Positions 18,018 to 25,910 of a stretch of 27,174 bases of DNA are shown here, one piece after another. The DNA lies in the IMG/VR virus record IMGVR_UViG_3300044267_002770, positions 1-27,174 of that record, one strand, 5' to 3'. The position numbers and the translations under genes are program-made. Below the pieces are notes generated by a model. The model did not search any database. It saw nothing but the letters and a program-made list of their open reading frames with translations, and was not told the origin of the DNA. The stretch is from a virus. Its lineage: Duplodnaviria; Caudoviricetes. Positions within the stretch are counted from its first letter, which is position 1; each line of letters opens with the position of its first letter.

Positions 18018-18077
18018 AAGAACAACCTAACCCGTATTGCTTGAGGCTAGGATTTAATTATGCAGCACTCACGCAGC

Positions 18078-18542
18078 TTACTCTCGTTTTTTAGAACCCC
18101 TACCTAAGATGGTATCGACTGTAATATCGACCTCCTTTTGATTTGATGGGACATATACGTCTAATCTTTGATCAGTATCATAAAGATACTTTAAAAACAG
18201 CTTGAATCGCATCTTAAACTCAGGGGTTCTTATTCCTTTTGTTTCTATGATAAAACCTTTCTCTAAATTAATAAAGTCTGGCGTATAAGATATATTTCTT
18301 ATGTTACCAGGCTTTTTCTTAAATGTTGTTTTACCTTTTGTTTTTCCCTTATCCATAAGTAGACCCTCGAACTTGAATTTTTCTACAAGCTCGAAGGTCT
18401 TTCCTTCATACTCGTGGGGGATCTTTGCTTTTTTAAGGGCTCTGTAGCAGTAAAGCTCTAGACCTGAGGCAAATGTAATTCCATCTGCGATGTGTTTCTT
18501 AGCTTTAGTTATCTGCTTTCCTTTTCTTCTCTTGAATCGCAT
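18078..18542 (-). CDS. PD-(D/E)xK endonuclease, T7 endonuclease I/DUF1064-like (probable Holliday junction resolvase)
   Basis: DGITFASGLE ... YTPDF ... IIETKG motifs. Confidence 0.8.
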   Translation of the reverse strand: MRFKRRKGKQITKAKKHIADGITFASGLELYCYRALKKAKIPHEYEGKTFELVEKFKFEGLLMDKGKTKGKTTFKKKPGNIRNISYTPDFINLEKGFIIETKGIRTPEFKMRFKLFLKYLYDTDQRLDVYVPSNQKEVDITVDTILGRGSKKRE

Positions 18543-18546
18543 TAAG

Positions 18547-18554
18547 CTAAGATA
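18547..18554 (-). promoter_or_regulatory. Variant -7 element (TATCTTAG), probable leaderless transcript
   Basis: Minus strand reads TATCTTAG-CTTA-ATG and fills the 20-nt gap between two genes. Confidence 0.5.
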
Positions 18555-18562
18555 TGAAATAA

Positions 18563-18802
18563 TTATTTCTTACCTCTATTCCTAGCCCTATTTTTAGATT
18601 GACCCTCTAATACAAGTTTACCAGATTTAGTATGAGAAGCATCCTTTTTATCGCCTTTCTTACTATTTTTTCTGTTGAATAGGTTTAGCTTAACACGATA
18701 CTTTTTTCTTTCCTCTGATGAAGAATATTCAGAGTCGTACTTTTTTTTCTTCTTATACGACTCCTTATTCTTTTTATAATGTTTAGTGCTTTTACTTGCC
18801 AT
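18563..18802 (-). CDS. Small very basic protein with HNH-like C-terminus, 79 aa
   Basis: GDKKDASH...LVLEGQSKNRARN resembles the D-x-x-H...N-R pattern of minimal phage HNH-like proteins. Lys/Tyr-rich N-terminus. Confidence 0.5.
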   Translation of the reverse strand: MASKSTKHYKKNKESYKKKKKYDSEYSSSEERKKYRVKLNLFNRKNSKKGDKKDASHTKSGKLVLEGQSKNRARNRGKK

Positions 18803-18820
18803 ATTGTAATTTTATGACAT

Positions 18821-18828
18821 GCAAGATA
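18821..18828 (-). promoter_or_regulatory. Variant -7 element (TATCTTGC)
   Basis: In the 30-nt intergenic gap, 18 nt upstream of the ATG at 18802. Confidence 0.4.
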
Positions 18829-18832
18829 CGAA

Positions 18833-19024
18833 TTATTTATTTTGTTTTGGTTGAGCTGGTATACCAAATACATACTTAGCTAACTTCTCTGAGTTTTCCA
18901 AAAGAGATTTAGCATTTTTACTTGTTGGTAAAGCTGAGGCTATCTCTAATACTTTAGCTCTCATCTCGCAGTCAAACTTTAATATTCTAATCTGCTGTTC
19001 TTTGTTTTTCTGATCTTTGTTCAT
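18833..19024 (-). CDS. Hypothetical helical protein, 63 aa
   Basis: Tightly packed in the operon, typical composition. Confidence 0.7.
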   Translation of the reverse strand: MNKDQKNKEQQIRILKFDCEMRAKVLEIASALPTSKNAKSLLENSEKLAKYVFGIPAQPKQNK

Positions 19025-19026
19025 GT

Positions 19027-19470
19027 CTAAAATTTAATTATTGTTAAATCGTTAATATCAATATAGAATAATAACTCCCTATCCCATATAGATCCTGGTC
19101 GTGGGTTCTTCATGCCACCCCACTCAACTGTGGCTTTTGTTATTTCGTGCATCCAAATATAACCAATTCCATCGAGAAATCTCCAAGCTATACATAAAGG
19201 TAACTCTTTTTGAAGGGCTTCTTTTTGACAATGCTGTATCTTCCTTACTGAAGTTCTAGCCCTTTTTACTTCAGACATATTAAGACTCATAGTCTTAATC
19301 TCGCATAGAGATACAACCTTCATAGTTTTATTATCTATAATCTCAGCGTCTACTGGAGCATACTTACCCAGTTGTTCGAATGTTAGATCTTTTCCTTCAA
19401 GAAGAATCCTAAGAGTCTCAGCCTCTCTTTCTCTATCTTGTTCACTCTCAAATCTAGGCTCCAGCCTCAT
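19027..19470 (-). CDS. Putative PD-(D/E)xK nuclease-fold protein, 147 aa (start revised to MRLEPRFE)
   Basis: YAPVD...LCEIK motif. ATG at 19470 gives a 17-nt overlap with the upstream gene rather than 59 nt. Confidence 0.55.
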   Translation of the reverse strand: MRLEPRFESEQDREREAETLRILLEGKDLTFEQLGKYAPVDAEIIDNKTMKVVSLCEIKTMSLNMSEVKRARTSVRKIQHCQKEALQKELPLCIAWRFLDGIGYIWMHEITKATVEWGGMKNPRPGSIWDRELLFYIDINDLTIIKF

Positions 19471-19807
19471 CTTTTCCGTTTGCAGACCACTCGTAAGTGA
19501 ATGGTGTTTCACCTTCTTTATATGGCTCAGCAGATTTTATAGCCTCACTCATTCTTTTATCAACCTCATCCATATGCACTTGAAGTAATATTAAGTACCC
19601 AGTTAGATCTACCAGATCATTCTCACTCATGTACGCCTCTTTACTTTTTATTCTATTTAACTTGTCGTTTATACGAGCCTGAATAGCATACATAGGATCG
19701 ACATCAAATAAAACCCCTTTATCAAATACTGAGTTTCCGTAAGACTTATTCTTTTCTATTAATAAGTCTCTAATCTCATTACACTTGTCTTTAATCTTTT
19801 GTTGCAT
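19454..19807 (-). CDS. Nucleotide modification associated domain 1 (Nmad1/DUF1599), all-alpha NTP pyrophosphatase-like
   Basis: EKNKSYGNS ... RINDKLNRI ... DLVDLTGYLILL. Confidence 0.8.
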   Translation of the reverse strand: MQQKIKDKCNEIRDLLIEKNKSYGNSVFDKGVLFDVDPMYAIQARINDKLNRIKSKEAYMSENDLVDLTGYLILLQVHMDEVDKRMSEAIKSAEPYKEGETPFTYEWSANGKDEAGA

Positions 19808-19892
19808 CTTTTCTGTTTTTATTATATTTAATTGTCTCTAAGGTTACAAATAAAACTATTGCACAAATAACCCCTAAAAATACTTTAATCAT
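19791..19892 (-). CDS. Single-TM micropeptide, 33 aa (MIKVFLGVICAIVLFVTLETIKYNKNRKDATKD); not in the ORF track
   Basis: Fills the intergenic gap, TTTAAAACA-ATG leader, hydrophobic helix plus basic tail. Confidence 0.6.
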   Translation of the reverse strand: MIKVFLGVICAIVLFVTLETIKYNKNRKDATKD

Positions 19893-19903
19893 TGTTTTAA
19901 AAT

Positions 19904-20182
19904 TTAGTTACTATTATTTTCTTCTGCTGTATTCCTGATACTATATATAAAATCAGTTACTGCATCACTTAGTTGTTCTATAACATCTTGGTTTTCTTTT
20001 AACCAATCTTCATCCATGGTCTTCTCATAACTGTTTGCTGTATTCATAAGCATGTTAAACTTTTTTTTAACCAATCCTGAGTGTTCACCTTTTAAATTGT
20101 ATAACTGCTCTGTAAAGCTTTTAAAGGTAGCTAGCAGTAATAATAAATTAACTTGACTTTCTTTTTTCATTTTAATAAACAT
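19904..20182 (-). CDS. Hypothetical helical protein, 92 aa (start may be 20170)
   Basis: Operon packing. Confidence 0.7.
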   Translation of the reverse strand: MFIKMKKESQVNLLLLLATFKSFTEQLYNLKGEHSGLVKKKFNMLMNTANSYEKTMDEDWLKENQDVIEQLSDAVTDFIYSIRNTAEENNSN

Positions 20183-20435
20183 CTTGAGATATACATATAA
20201 ACTCGTAATCAGTTACGCTATCTATCTTTATTTGTATGTCGTTAGTTGATTTATGTTTTATCTGTAAACCTCTTATAAAATACTTAACATTCTGTAATTT
20301 TTCAGGATCAAGCTCGCTAATACAAGTCCTGTGAGTTGCTTCTTTCCATTTTTTAGTGGGTTTTTCAACACCTTTGACAAACCTTAAAGTTCGCCACCTG
20401 TAATTAACTGTAGCATGATATATTTCTTTTCTCAT
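20172..20435 (-). CDS. Hypothetical protein, 87 aa
   Basis: Operon packing. Confidence 0.7.
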   Translation of the reverse strand: MRKEIYHATVNYRWRTLRFVKGVEKPTKKWKEATHRTCISELDPEKLQNVKYFIRGLQIKHKSTNDIQIKIDSVTDYEFICISQDVY

Positions 20436-20439
20436 AAAC

Positions 20440-20529
20440 CTACTTCTTATTTATAATCTTCTCTATAAACCAAAAAATAAATATGACACCCATTATAAAA
20501 TCTGTTATATTTTTAAAATTCCATTCCAT
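20440..20529 (-). CDS. Hydrophobic micropeptide, 29 aa (MEWNFKNITDFIMGVIFIFWFIEKIINKK); not in the ORF track
   Basis: Exactly fills the gap: starts 2 nt after the dnaB stop and ends 4 nt before the next ATG. Confidence 0.6.
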   Translation of the reverse strand: MEWNFKNITDFIMGVIFIFWFIEKIINKK

Positions 20530-20531
20530 AA

Positions 20532-21854
20532 CTAAAAAGATTCTGATGGTTGAGCAGATATATATTTCTCAGTATAATCCTGAGGATCTATAAATTTAGT
20601 ATATTCTTTCTTAAATTTCAAGGGTAAAGTGCCAGTACCTATATTCCTTCCTTTAGCAAAGATAAGATCCACAAGACCTTCGGTTGAACTTCCACTATCA
20701 TCATTCATGATACCATAGTATTCAGGTCTATATACTAGCATTACTATATCAGAGGCTTGCTCTATCTCACCGCTCTCACGAAGATCAGAAAGAGTAGGCC
20801 TACAACCATCCCTTCTGTCTACACCTCTACTAAGTTGAGATAGTGCCACTATAGTTATATTTAACTCTTTAGCTAAGTTCTTGAGTTCACGAGCCACCAT
20901 AGCCACCTCTTGTTCTCTGGATGAACCAGAACCTTTAACGAGTTGCAGGTAATCTACAAGTACAAACTTAACCTCTTTAGTTATAACATACTGCCTTATC
21001 TTATTAAGAAGGTATCTAAGGGATGAGTCTTTACACTCGTCTATAAACAGACTAACGCCTTCAAGTTTACCTATAGCCTTATCAACCCTTTTAAGTTCAT
21101 TGCTTTCTAAAGCACCCTTCATTATATACCTATTGTTGACTTCACTCTCTAAAGATACTAACCTCTGTAGTAGTTGGGTGTCCCCCATCTCGTAAGAAAA
21201 TACTGCAGTTGGTATACCTACCTTAGCACAATTATAACAAAAAGCTAAACCAAGTGATGTCTTACCCATAGATGAAGCACCACCAATTACAATAAAGTCT
21301 GTCTCTTGCCACCCACCAGTAAACTTATCTACTGATTGAAATCCTGTAGGCAAACCTACCATGTTATCGGAATCCATTCTTTTTCTTATATCATCATGCA
21401 ACACCTTCAATTGCTTCTTAATATCAGGTATATCACTACCTCTAATTTCAGAGATAGATTTCATCTGTTCCTCTACAAACTCTATAACATTAAACAAATC
21501 ATCACCATTATCAATCTTCTTTGTGGTAAGTTCGGCTAATTTTTTAAGTCTTATCTTCTTGTCTTCCTGAGAAAGATATAAGACCATATTCTTTGTAATG
21601 TAAGCGTAATGATCAGAACTCATACACTCAGCCACCCTAAGATCTACAAGAGGATCCTTAACAGAAGATGATATGACAATCATGTCTGCCTTATCTCCTT
21701 TGTCCAGCCTATCTGACAGTACTTTATATATTTTTCTGTTTAAGGGATCGGTAAATATTTCATCAGATATAAGACTATGGCAATCGTAGTAATCTCTTGG
21801 GTTAGACATAATCTTACCGATAAGCCTCATTTCCATCTCCATGTTATCTTTCAT
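20532..21854 (-). CDS. dnaB: Replicative DNA helicase (DnaB family)
   Basis: GLPTGF..VD..TGG, Walker A GGASSMGKT, FSYEM, VDYLQL, LSQLSR, SDLRESGEIEQ, AKGRN; N-terminal DnaB domain present. Confidence 0.95.
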   Translation of the reverse strand: MKDNMEMEMRLIGKIMSNPRDYYDCHSLISDEIFTDPLNRKIYKVLSDRLDKGDKADMIVISSSVKDPLVDLRVAECMSSDHYAYITKNMVLYLSQEDKKIRLKKLAELTTKKIDNGDDLFNVIEFVEEQMKSISEIRGSDIPDIKKQLKVLHDDIRKRMDSDNMVGLPTGFQSVDKFTGGWQETDFIVIGGASSMGKTSLGLAFCYNCAKVGIPTAVFSYEMGDTQLLQRLVSLESEVNNRYIMKGALESNELKRVDKAIGKLEGVSLFIDECKDSSLRYLLNKIRQYVITKEVKFVLVDYLQLVKGSGSSREQEVAMVARELKNLAKELNITIVALSQLSRGVDRRDGCRPTLSDLRESGEIEQASDIVMLVYRPEYYGIMNDDSGSSTEGLVDLIFAKGRNIGTGTLPLKFKKEYTKFIDPQDYTEKYISAQPSESF

Positions 21855-22338
21855 CTGTAATATATTTAGGTTTAACGTATCTGTTAGTTTTCTTTTTATT
21901 TACCTGCATTTCATTCTCCCACCCCCTAGAGTTAAGCCAAGTTCTAGGATTCTTTCTATATTTTTTATCTGGTGTTAAGTCAACGTAAGTCTTAACTGCT
22001 TTTATAGCTTCTCCCATTTCGTTAAGAGTCAATGTCATAAACGTTATTTTAGTTTGTGGTCTATCTACCTTTTTATTGTATAGATTCCAAAACATTTCAA
22101 ACGCTTTGTTTTTTCTTTCAGATTCAGTATGAGGCTTTTTAGTATCACTAAACCTGAGATCTATGATAGCAAAATGATTAACAATATTATTGAAAACGCA
22201 TTCTGATTCCATGTCATTATTATAAATGGATTGATGAACATTATCTGATGTGTGAAAATTAATAACACTACCATCAATCTCAATGAACTCTACTTTATTT
22301 ATATTAACAATGTCTGTGTTTGATACCCTGTACTTCAT
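21844..22338 (-). CDS. Phage replication initiator/helicase loader-like protein, 164 aa (start revised to MKYRVS)
   Basis: FEMFWNLYNKK...YRKNPRTWLNSRGWENE is the common C-terminal domain of phage initiators, and the gene is directly upstream of dnaB. Strong A-rich leader before the ATG at 22338. The longer ORF call runs through a structured intergenic element. Confidence 0.65.
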   Translation of the reverse strand: MKYRVSNTDIVNINKVEFIEIDGSVINFHTSDNVHQSIYNNDMESECVFNNIVNHFAIIDLRFSDTKKPHTESERKNKAFEMFWNLYNKKVDRPQTKITFMTLTLNEMGEAIKAVKTYVDLTPDKKYRKNPRTWLNSRGWENEMQVNKKKTNRYVKPKYITDER

Positions 22339-22361
22339 AGTTTTTTTTGGTTGTTTAAAAG

Positions 22362-22460
22362 TAAAAGAGGCTGACTTGCATACTGGCGGTAGACACATAA
22401 GATCTACCTCAATAGACGTATGCTTATACAAGAAAAATCTTCATACGCCAGCCTCTTTTA
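22362..22460 (-). ncRNA. Structured intergenic element (multi-stem, 12-bp closing helix)
   Basis: TAAAAGAGGCTG (22362-22373) / CAGCCTCTTTTA (22449-22460); inner GCATAC/GTATGC and GGTAGA/TCTACC. Confidence 0.55.
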
Positions 22461-22462
22461 AA

Positions 22463-22735
22463 TTAGAATGGTAAGTCGTCAGCTACTTTTTCTTTCTTAG
22501 CTTCAGGTTTCCAAGTGTCTACCTCAACGTAATGAGTTTTACCATACTCATCAGCACCATTACGTTTTTTTACAACCTTTAAAGTTATAAATTTATCACC
22601 TGTTTTACCATCGAAGATATAATCTCCAGCCTCTTGTTTTAACTTAGTTAAGTTCAAAGAGAATTGTACTAAGTCTCCGTCAAATTTCTCTACTCCGTTT
22701 CCAACGTAGATTTTTTCTGTTGTTTTGTTACTCAT
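22463..22735 (-). CDS. Single-stranded DNA-binding protein-like, 90 aa
   Basis: Beta-rich short protein with D.YGKTH and acidic DDLPF C-terminus, located in the recombination/replication cluster. Confidence 0.65.
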   Translation of the reverse strand: MSNKTTEKIYVGNGVEKFDGDLVQFSLNLTKLKQEAGDYIFDGKTGDKFITLKVVKKRNGADEYGKTHYVEVDTWKPEAKKEKVADDLPF

Positions 22736-22934
22736 AGCTATTAGCTTTAAAATAATTAATTAACGCATCCCTTTCTGTTATTTCTAAGCATTTTAAAATC
22801 CTCTTGGCGTGTTTAATTTTAAACTCGTCAGGCTTCTCTAAATACTTAAGTAAGGTAGGTCTGCTTAACCCTACTCTGTTGGCTAACCAACGTGCACTTA
22901 TTTCTTTTAATTCCATTTTATCTTTTAAAGTCAT
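22728..22934 (-). CDS. Cro/XRE-like helix-turn-helix protein, 68 aa
   Basis: SARWLANRVGLSRPTLLKYLEKP. Confidence 0.8.
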   Translation of the reverse strand: MTLKDKMELKEISARWLANRVGLSRPTLLKYLEKPDEFKIKHAKRILKCLEITERDALINYFKANSYE

Positions 22935-23698
22935 AACGTCTCCATTATTAAATGCTGTTCAACGATCTCCTCGTTGTCTATAAAGAACTTTCTGTAAACA
23001 TCTAGTAAATACTTATACTCTTGTCTACCTCTCTCTACAAACTCATCTCCAGCATAAAATATAGAAACGTTATAAGGTCTTTCTTTTTCCTGAGTTATAA
23101 ATACAAACTCATCACAACCAAACCCATCCATATAAAATGCAGACTGCCTATCGTAGCCATACTTCTTACAAGAGTTGGAGAAACCCCAGTGACTACCATC
23201 ACTAGTAGTTTTAAGGTCTATAAGGGTTGTGCCATTCCTGTAGTCAGCCTTACCCTTACAAAATACATCAGTATCATCATCCTTCCAAGCGTTAGCTATC
23301 TCCCTCTCTCCTTCTAATTGAAGAAGATCTCTAACCTCAGAATGATTAAACAACACATCCTGCATATACATAATCTTATCATACTCTTTCTGTAGTATTA
23401 TTGTAGGTGCGTTAGGGTTATCTGCCTTAAAGTCTTTGTATCCTTTAGTAGTTCTTGTAGCAGAGTTAAACACCAATACCTTATCGTTGAACTCATTAGG
23501 CTCTAACATAGCTACATGATAAGCCCTACCAAATATCATAGGTAAAGTTTCTTTGTTAAGCTCAGGATGATCTCTCATCATCTTGTAAGTTCTGACATCT
23601 TTCTTTATTAACCCTAACTGCGAGTTCGTTACAAACTCGTAGTCAGAGTAATAAAAAGAGTCATCGACTAGTTTCTTTATAAACTTATCTAAACTCAT
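22931..23698 (-). CDS. RecE/exonuclease VIII-like PD-(D/E)xK exonuclease (DUF3799-type)
   Basis: NSQL, FGRAYHVAMLEP, CKGKAD...IDLKTT, YGYDRQSAFY; adjacent to ERF. Confidence 0.85.
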   Translation of the reverse strand: MSLDKFIKKLVDDSFYYSDYEFVTNSQLGLIKKDVRTYKMMRDHPELNKETLPMIFGRAYHVAMLEPNEFNDKVLVFNSATRTTKGYKDFKADNPNAPTIILQKEYDKIMYMQDVLFNHSEVRDLLQLEGEREIANAWKDDDTDVFCKGKADYRNGTTLIDLKTTSDGSHWGFSNSCKKYGYDRQSAFYMDGFGCDEFVFITQEKERPYNVSIFYAGDEFVERGRQEYKYLLDVYRKFFIDNEEIVEQHLIMETL

Positions 23699-24264
23699 TA
23701 CACTAAGGTTTTAGATAATTTAAGAACTTTATTAAGTTTATCTTCTTGAGTCTTAGTCATAGTGTAACCAGCCATCTTTTGCTCTACCACACTACCTTTA
23801 CCATCCTCAATAGCCTTCATCATACTCTTATATTGAGAGTCTGTTAGCTTAGGTTTAGATGTAGATTTTTTAGGTGTAGCAGGTGTTCCTTTAACTGCAC
23901 CATTACCATCATCATCTCCAGTAACTACACCAACAAAAGACGCAAGTGCGTATCTCCTAGCGTAAGATATAGCAGAGCCTACACCATGTGCATCTTCCTT
24001 TGCTGGTATGTAGCAGGTCGATGCTAAGTATTCTCCACTGGAGTGTGATAGGATTGTTGTTACCCCACCTACATCTGTAGGCATTTGAATAATAGCAAGT
24101 TCGTTCTCTGCTAGTAGTTTACGAACAGAGTCCCATACTGCACCAAGATCAGCATAGCTTGACTTGAAAAAAGGGTTCTTTGAATTTTCTTTAGCAGGTC
24201 TTAATTGAGACTGCACTTTTGATAAGGCAAGGGTCAACTTGCCAATTGTTTCTGACTTTTCCAT
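23698..24264 (-). CDS. erf: ERF-family single-strand annealing protein
   Basis: KNPFFKSSYADL, TILSHSSGE, GSAISYARRYAL...GDDDGN. Confidence 0.9.
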   Translation of the reverse strand: MEKSETIGKLTLALSKVQSQLRPAKENSKNPFFKSSYADLGAVWDSVRKLLAENELAIIQMPTDVGGVTTILSHSSGEYLASTCYIPAKEDAHGVGSAISYARRYALASFVGVVTGDDDGNGAVKGTPATPKKSTSKPKLTDSQYKSMMKAIEDGKGSVVEQKMAGYTMTKTQEDKLNKVLKLSKTLV

Positions 24265-24299
24265 AGTTTTTGGTTTTTAAATTTAATTAACTTCTGATG

Positions 24300-24307
24300 C
24301 AAATATA
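24300..24307 (-). promoter_or_regulatory. Bacteroidota-type -7 promoter (TATATTTG) of the erf-recE-HTH-ssb operon
   Basis: Exact TAnnTTTG(C) in the 65-nt gap, with TTG at 24324-24326 upstream. Confidence 0.7.
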
Positions 24308-24329
24308 GTAAAAAATTTTTTTACAACTA

Positions 24330-24692
24330 CTATATTATTCCTAAAATATTATACGACAGATCATCTGGCATTATCCTGTCTAGACTTTCACTTATACCTC
24401 CCATTACTAACTCCATATCAATACTGTTATTTACCACCATTAGTATACTTATGCCATCCTCTGAAGGCATCATAAGAGTATGACATAAAGCGTTATGCTT
24501 TCCTATATCTACTTGTGTTACTGCCAGACTATCTGTCTGGTGAAAGTACATATAGTTAACGCCATGTTTTTTTAGAGCTACCTCTAAACGCTTCATGTTT
24601 GGGTGTTTATTAGGTCTTATTCTATTGTCTAACTGATGTTCAACACCAGACTCTTTAAGCAAGTTCTCCAGCATTTCTTTTTCGTATTGCAT
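24330..24692 (-). CDS. Hypothetical protein, 120 aa
   Basis: Operon packing. Confidence 0.7.
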   Translation of the reverse strand: MQYEKEMLENLLKESGVEHQLDNRIRPNKHPNMKRLEVALKKHGVNYMYFHQTDSLAVTQVDIGKHNALCHTLMMPSEDGISILMVVNNSIDMELVMGGISESLDRIMPDDLSYNILGII

Positions 24693-24993
24693 AAACCTTG
24701 TAGATAAATTCTATTAAAGATAACTCTTTTTCTAGTAATTCTTCAAGGTCTTCATTGTTAAAAGACTTATCTACTACGTTTAATATGTTATGTATTTTAC
24801 TTTTATTGGTTGAAGTATCAAAATTAAATAGCCTTTTACCCTTTAAGTTAGACTCTATAATCTTCATATCGTTAATTATAGGTTTGATATATTTCTTGTC
24901 TACTTTAGCGTATAAGACATACTTAGAACAAGGATCTTTTTTACCCCTCATCCATAATTGATCGACATCAATTGTCTTTGCTTGGTTTCTCAT
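24655..24993 (-). CDS. Hypothetical protein, 112 aa
   Basis: Operon packing. Confidence 0.65.
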   Translation of the reverse strand: MRNQAKTIDVDQLWMRGKKDPCSKYVLYAKVDKKYIKPIINDMKIIESNLKGKRLFNFDTSTNKSKIHNILNVVDKSFNNEDLEELLEKELSLIEFIYKVYAIRKRNAGELA

Positions 24994-25144
24994 CTTCTTT
25001 AAATTTATCTAGTTCTACCTCTAACTCAGTTACAATACCCCTATATCTTTCTCTCTCTAGGGTTAGTGTATCTTCAAGCTCTTTGTTTTTATTCTGCAAG
25101 TCTTTTATCTTTTGCATGTAAAATTGTTCTATCTGTATCATCAT
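24968..25144 (-). CDS. Coiled-coil protein, 58 aa (MMIQIEQFYMQKIKDLQNKNKELEDTL...); not in the ORF track
   Basis: ATGA overlap with the upstream stop, fills the gap, heptad pattern. Confidence 0.7.
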   Translation of the reverse strand: MMIQIEQFYMQKIKDLQNKNKELEDTLTLERERYRGIVTELEVELDKFKEDEKPSKDN

Positions 25145-25416
25145 TCTAGTTTTTTTATCATATCGTTAAGTTTAATCTCTACTTTTAAAGACATGTCTTT
25201 CATGTTTTTCTTAAAGTACTTTGATTTACTATTATCCAACGACTCTAGGTGTATAAAATTGGAGATGACACTTTTAATATTTTTTATAAGTTTTACATCC
25301 CTCATTTTTAGTTCTAACTCTAACATAGGTAAAGATTCAAGCGAGTTAAATTTAGATGATTCTATTTCTCTTACCATCCATAACATTCTATTTATAAATT
25401 CTTTTCTACTTTCCAT
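25141..25416 (-). CDS. Hypothetical basic helical protein, 91 aa
   Basis: Operon packing. Confidence 0.65.
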   Translation of the reverse strand: MESRKEFINRMLWMVREIESSKFNSLESLPMLELELKMRDVKLIKNIKSVISNFIHLESLDNSKSKYFKKNMKDMSLKVEIKLNDMIKKLE

Positions 25417-25420
25417 ATCT

Positions 25421-25672
25421 TTAATTATAATCTATACACCATATAGGTGTGTTCTCTCCAACATAACTATTAATAACATTGTAAGATAAATATTCTATAG
25501 CATCAATAACTTCCATTCCTTCTTCTACTACTAATATTTCAATGCACTTAGCATAGGAGTATATCAGCCTTCTTGATAGGTGACATACCCCTATGACTGC
25601 ATCATCAAAACCATCAGCCTTAAGGAACTCCTCATCATCATACCTCTCTACTATCTCTGTCAAAGTGTTCAT
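25421..25672 (-). CDS. Conserved phage hypothetical protein, 83 aa
   Basis: ADGFDDAVIG...YS..KCIEIL...AIEY..YN...YVGE.TPI pattern widespread in environmental phages; function unknown. Confidence 0.8.
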   Translation of the reverse strand: MNTLTEIVERYDDEEFLKADGFDDAVIGVCHLSRRLIYSYAKCIEILVVEEGMEVIDAIEYLSYNVINSYVGENTPIWCIDYN

Positions 25673-25910
25673 TGCTATGTATATTTAGGGTTTTGTTTAA
25701 CATGGTTTCTACCTCGTCATACCTCTCGTTATAGAAGTCTTGTGCTTCATCTTTAAATACAACACAAGAGCCATTAACTTCTTTGATTTCAGATGTTTTA
25801 CTTTTTATTTCAATAGTAGCGTTACCATGATAAGCTATCTCTGTCATCTGTGTTGCTATATCATCTATAAACTCCATATACCTTCCGTTATCTATATATA
25901 TCTTAGCCAT
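25638..25910 (-). CDS. Hypothetical protein, 90 aa
   Basis: TAATG coupling with the upstream gene. Confidence 0.7.
   Translation of the reverse strand: MAKIYIDNGRYMEFIDDIATQMTEIAYHGNATIEIKSKTSEIKEVNGSCVVFKDEAQDFYNERYDEVETMLNKTLNIHSNEHFDRDSREV

Noticed and set aside
18055-18077. GCTGCATAA resembling a tmRNA tag end (AA-stop)
   Set aside because: No tRNA-like domain, no YALAA-type tag, and the region is too short
17507-18077. tRNA or CRISPR mini-array in the junction
   Set aside because: No cloverleaf or T-loop motif, and no regularly spaced repeats
17897-18094. 65-aa + strand ORF
   Set aside because: Overlaps a better 51-aa minus-strand ORF and the structured element; TTG start
18685-18873. 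62-aa alternative-frame minus ORF
   Set aside because: Overlaps two better genes and a promoter-like gap
22339-22431. 31-aa N-terminal extension of the initiator-like ORF
   Set aside because: TTG start inside a stem-loop; a much stronger leader precedes the ATG at 22338
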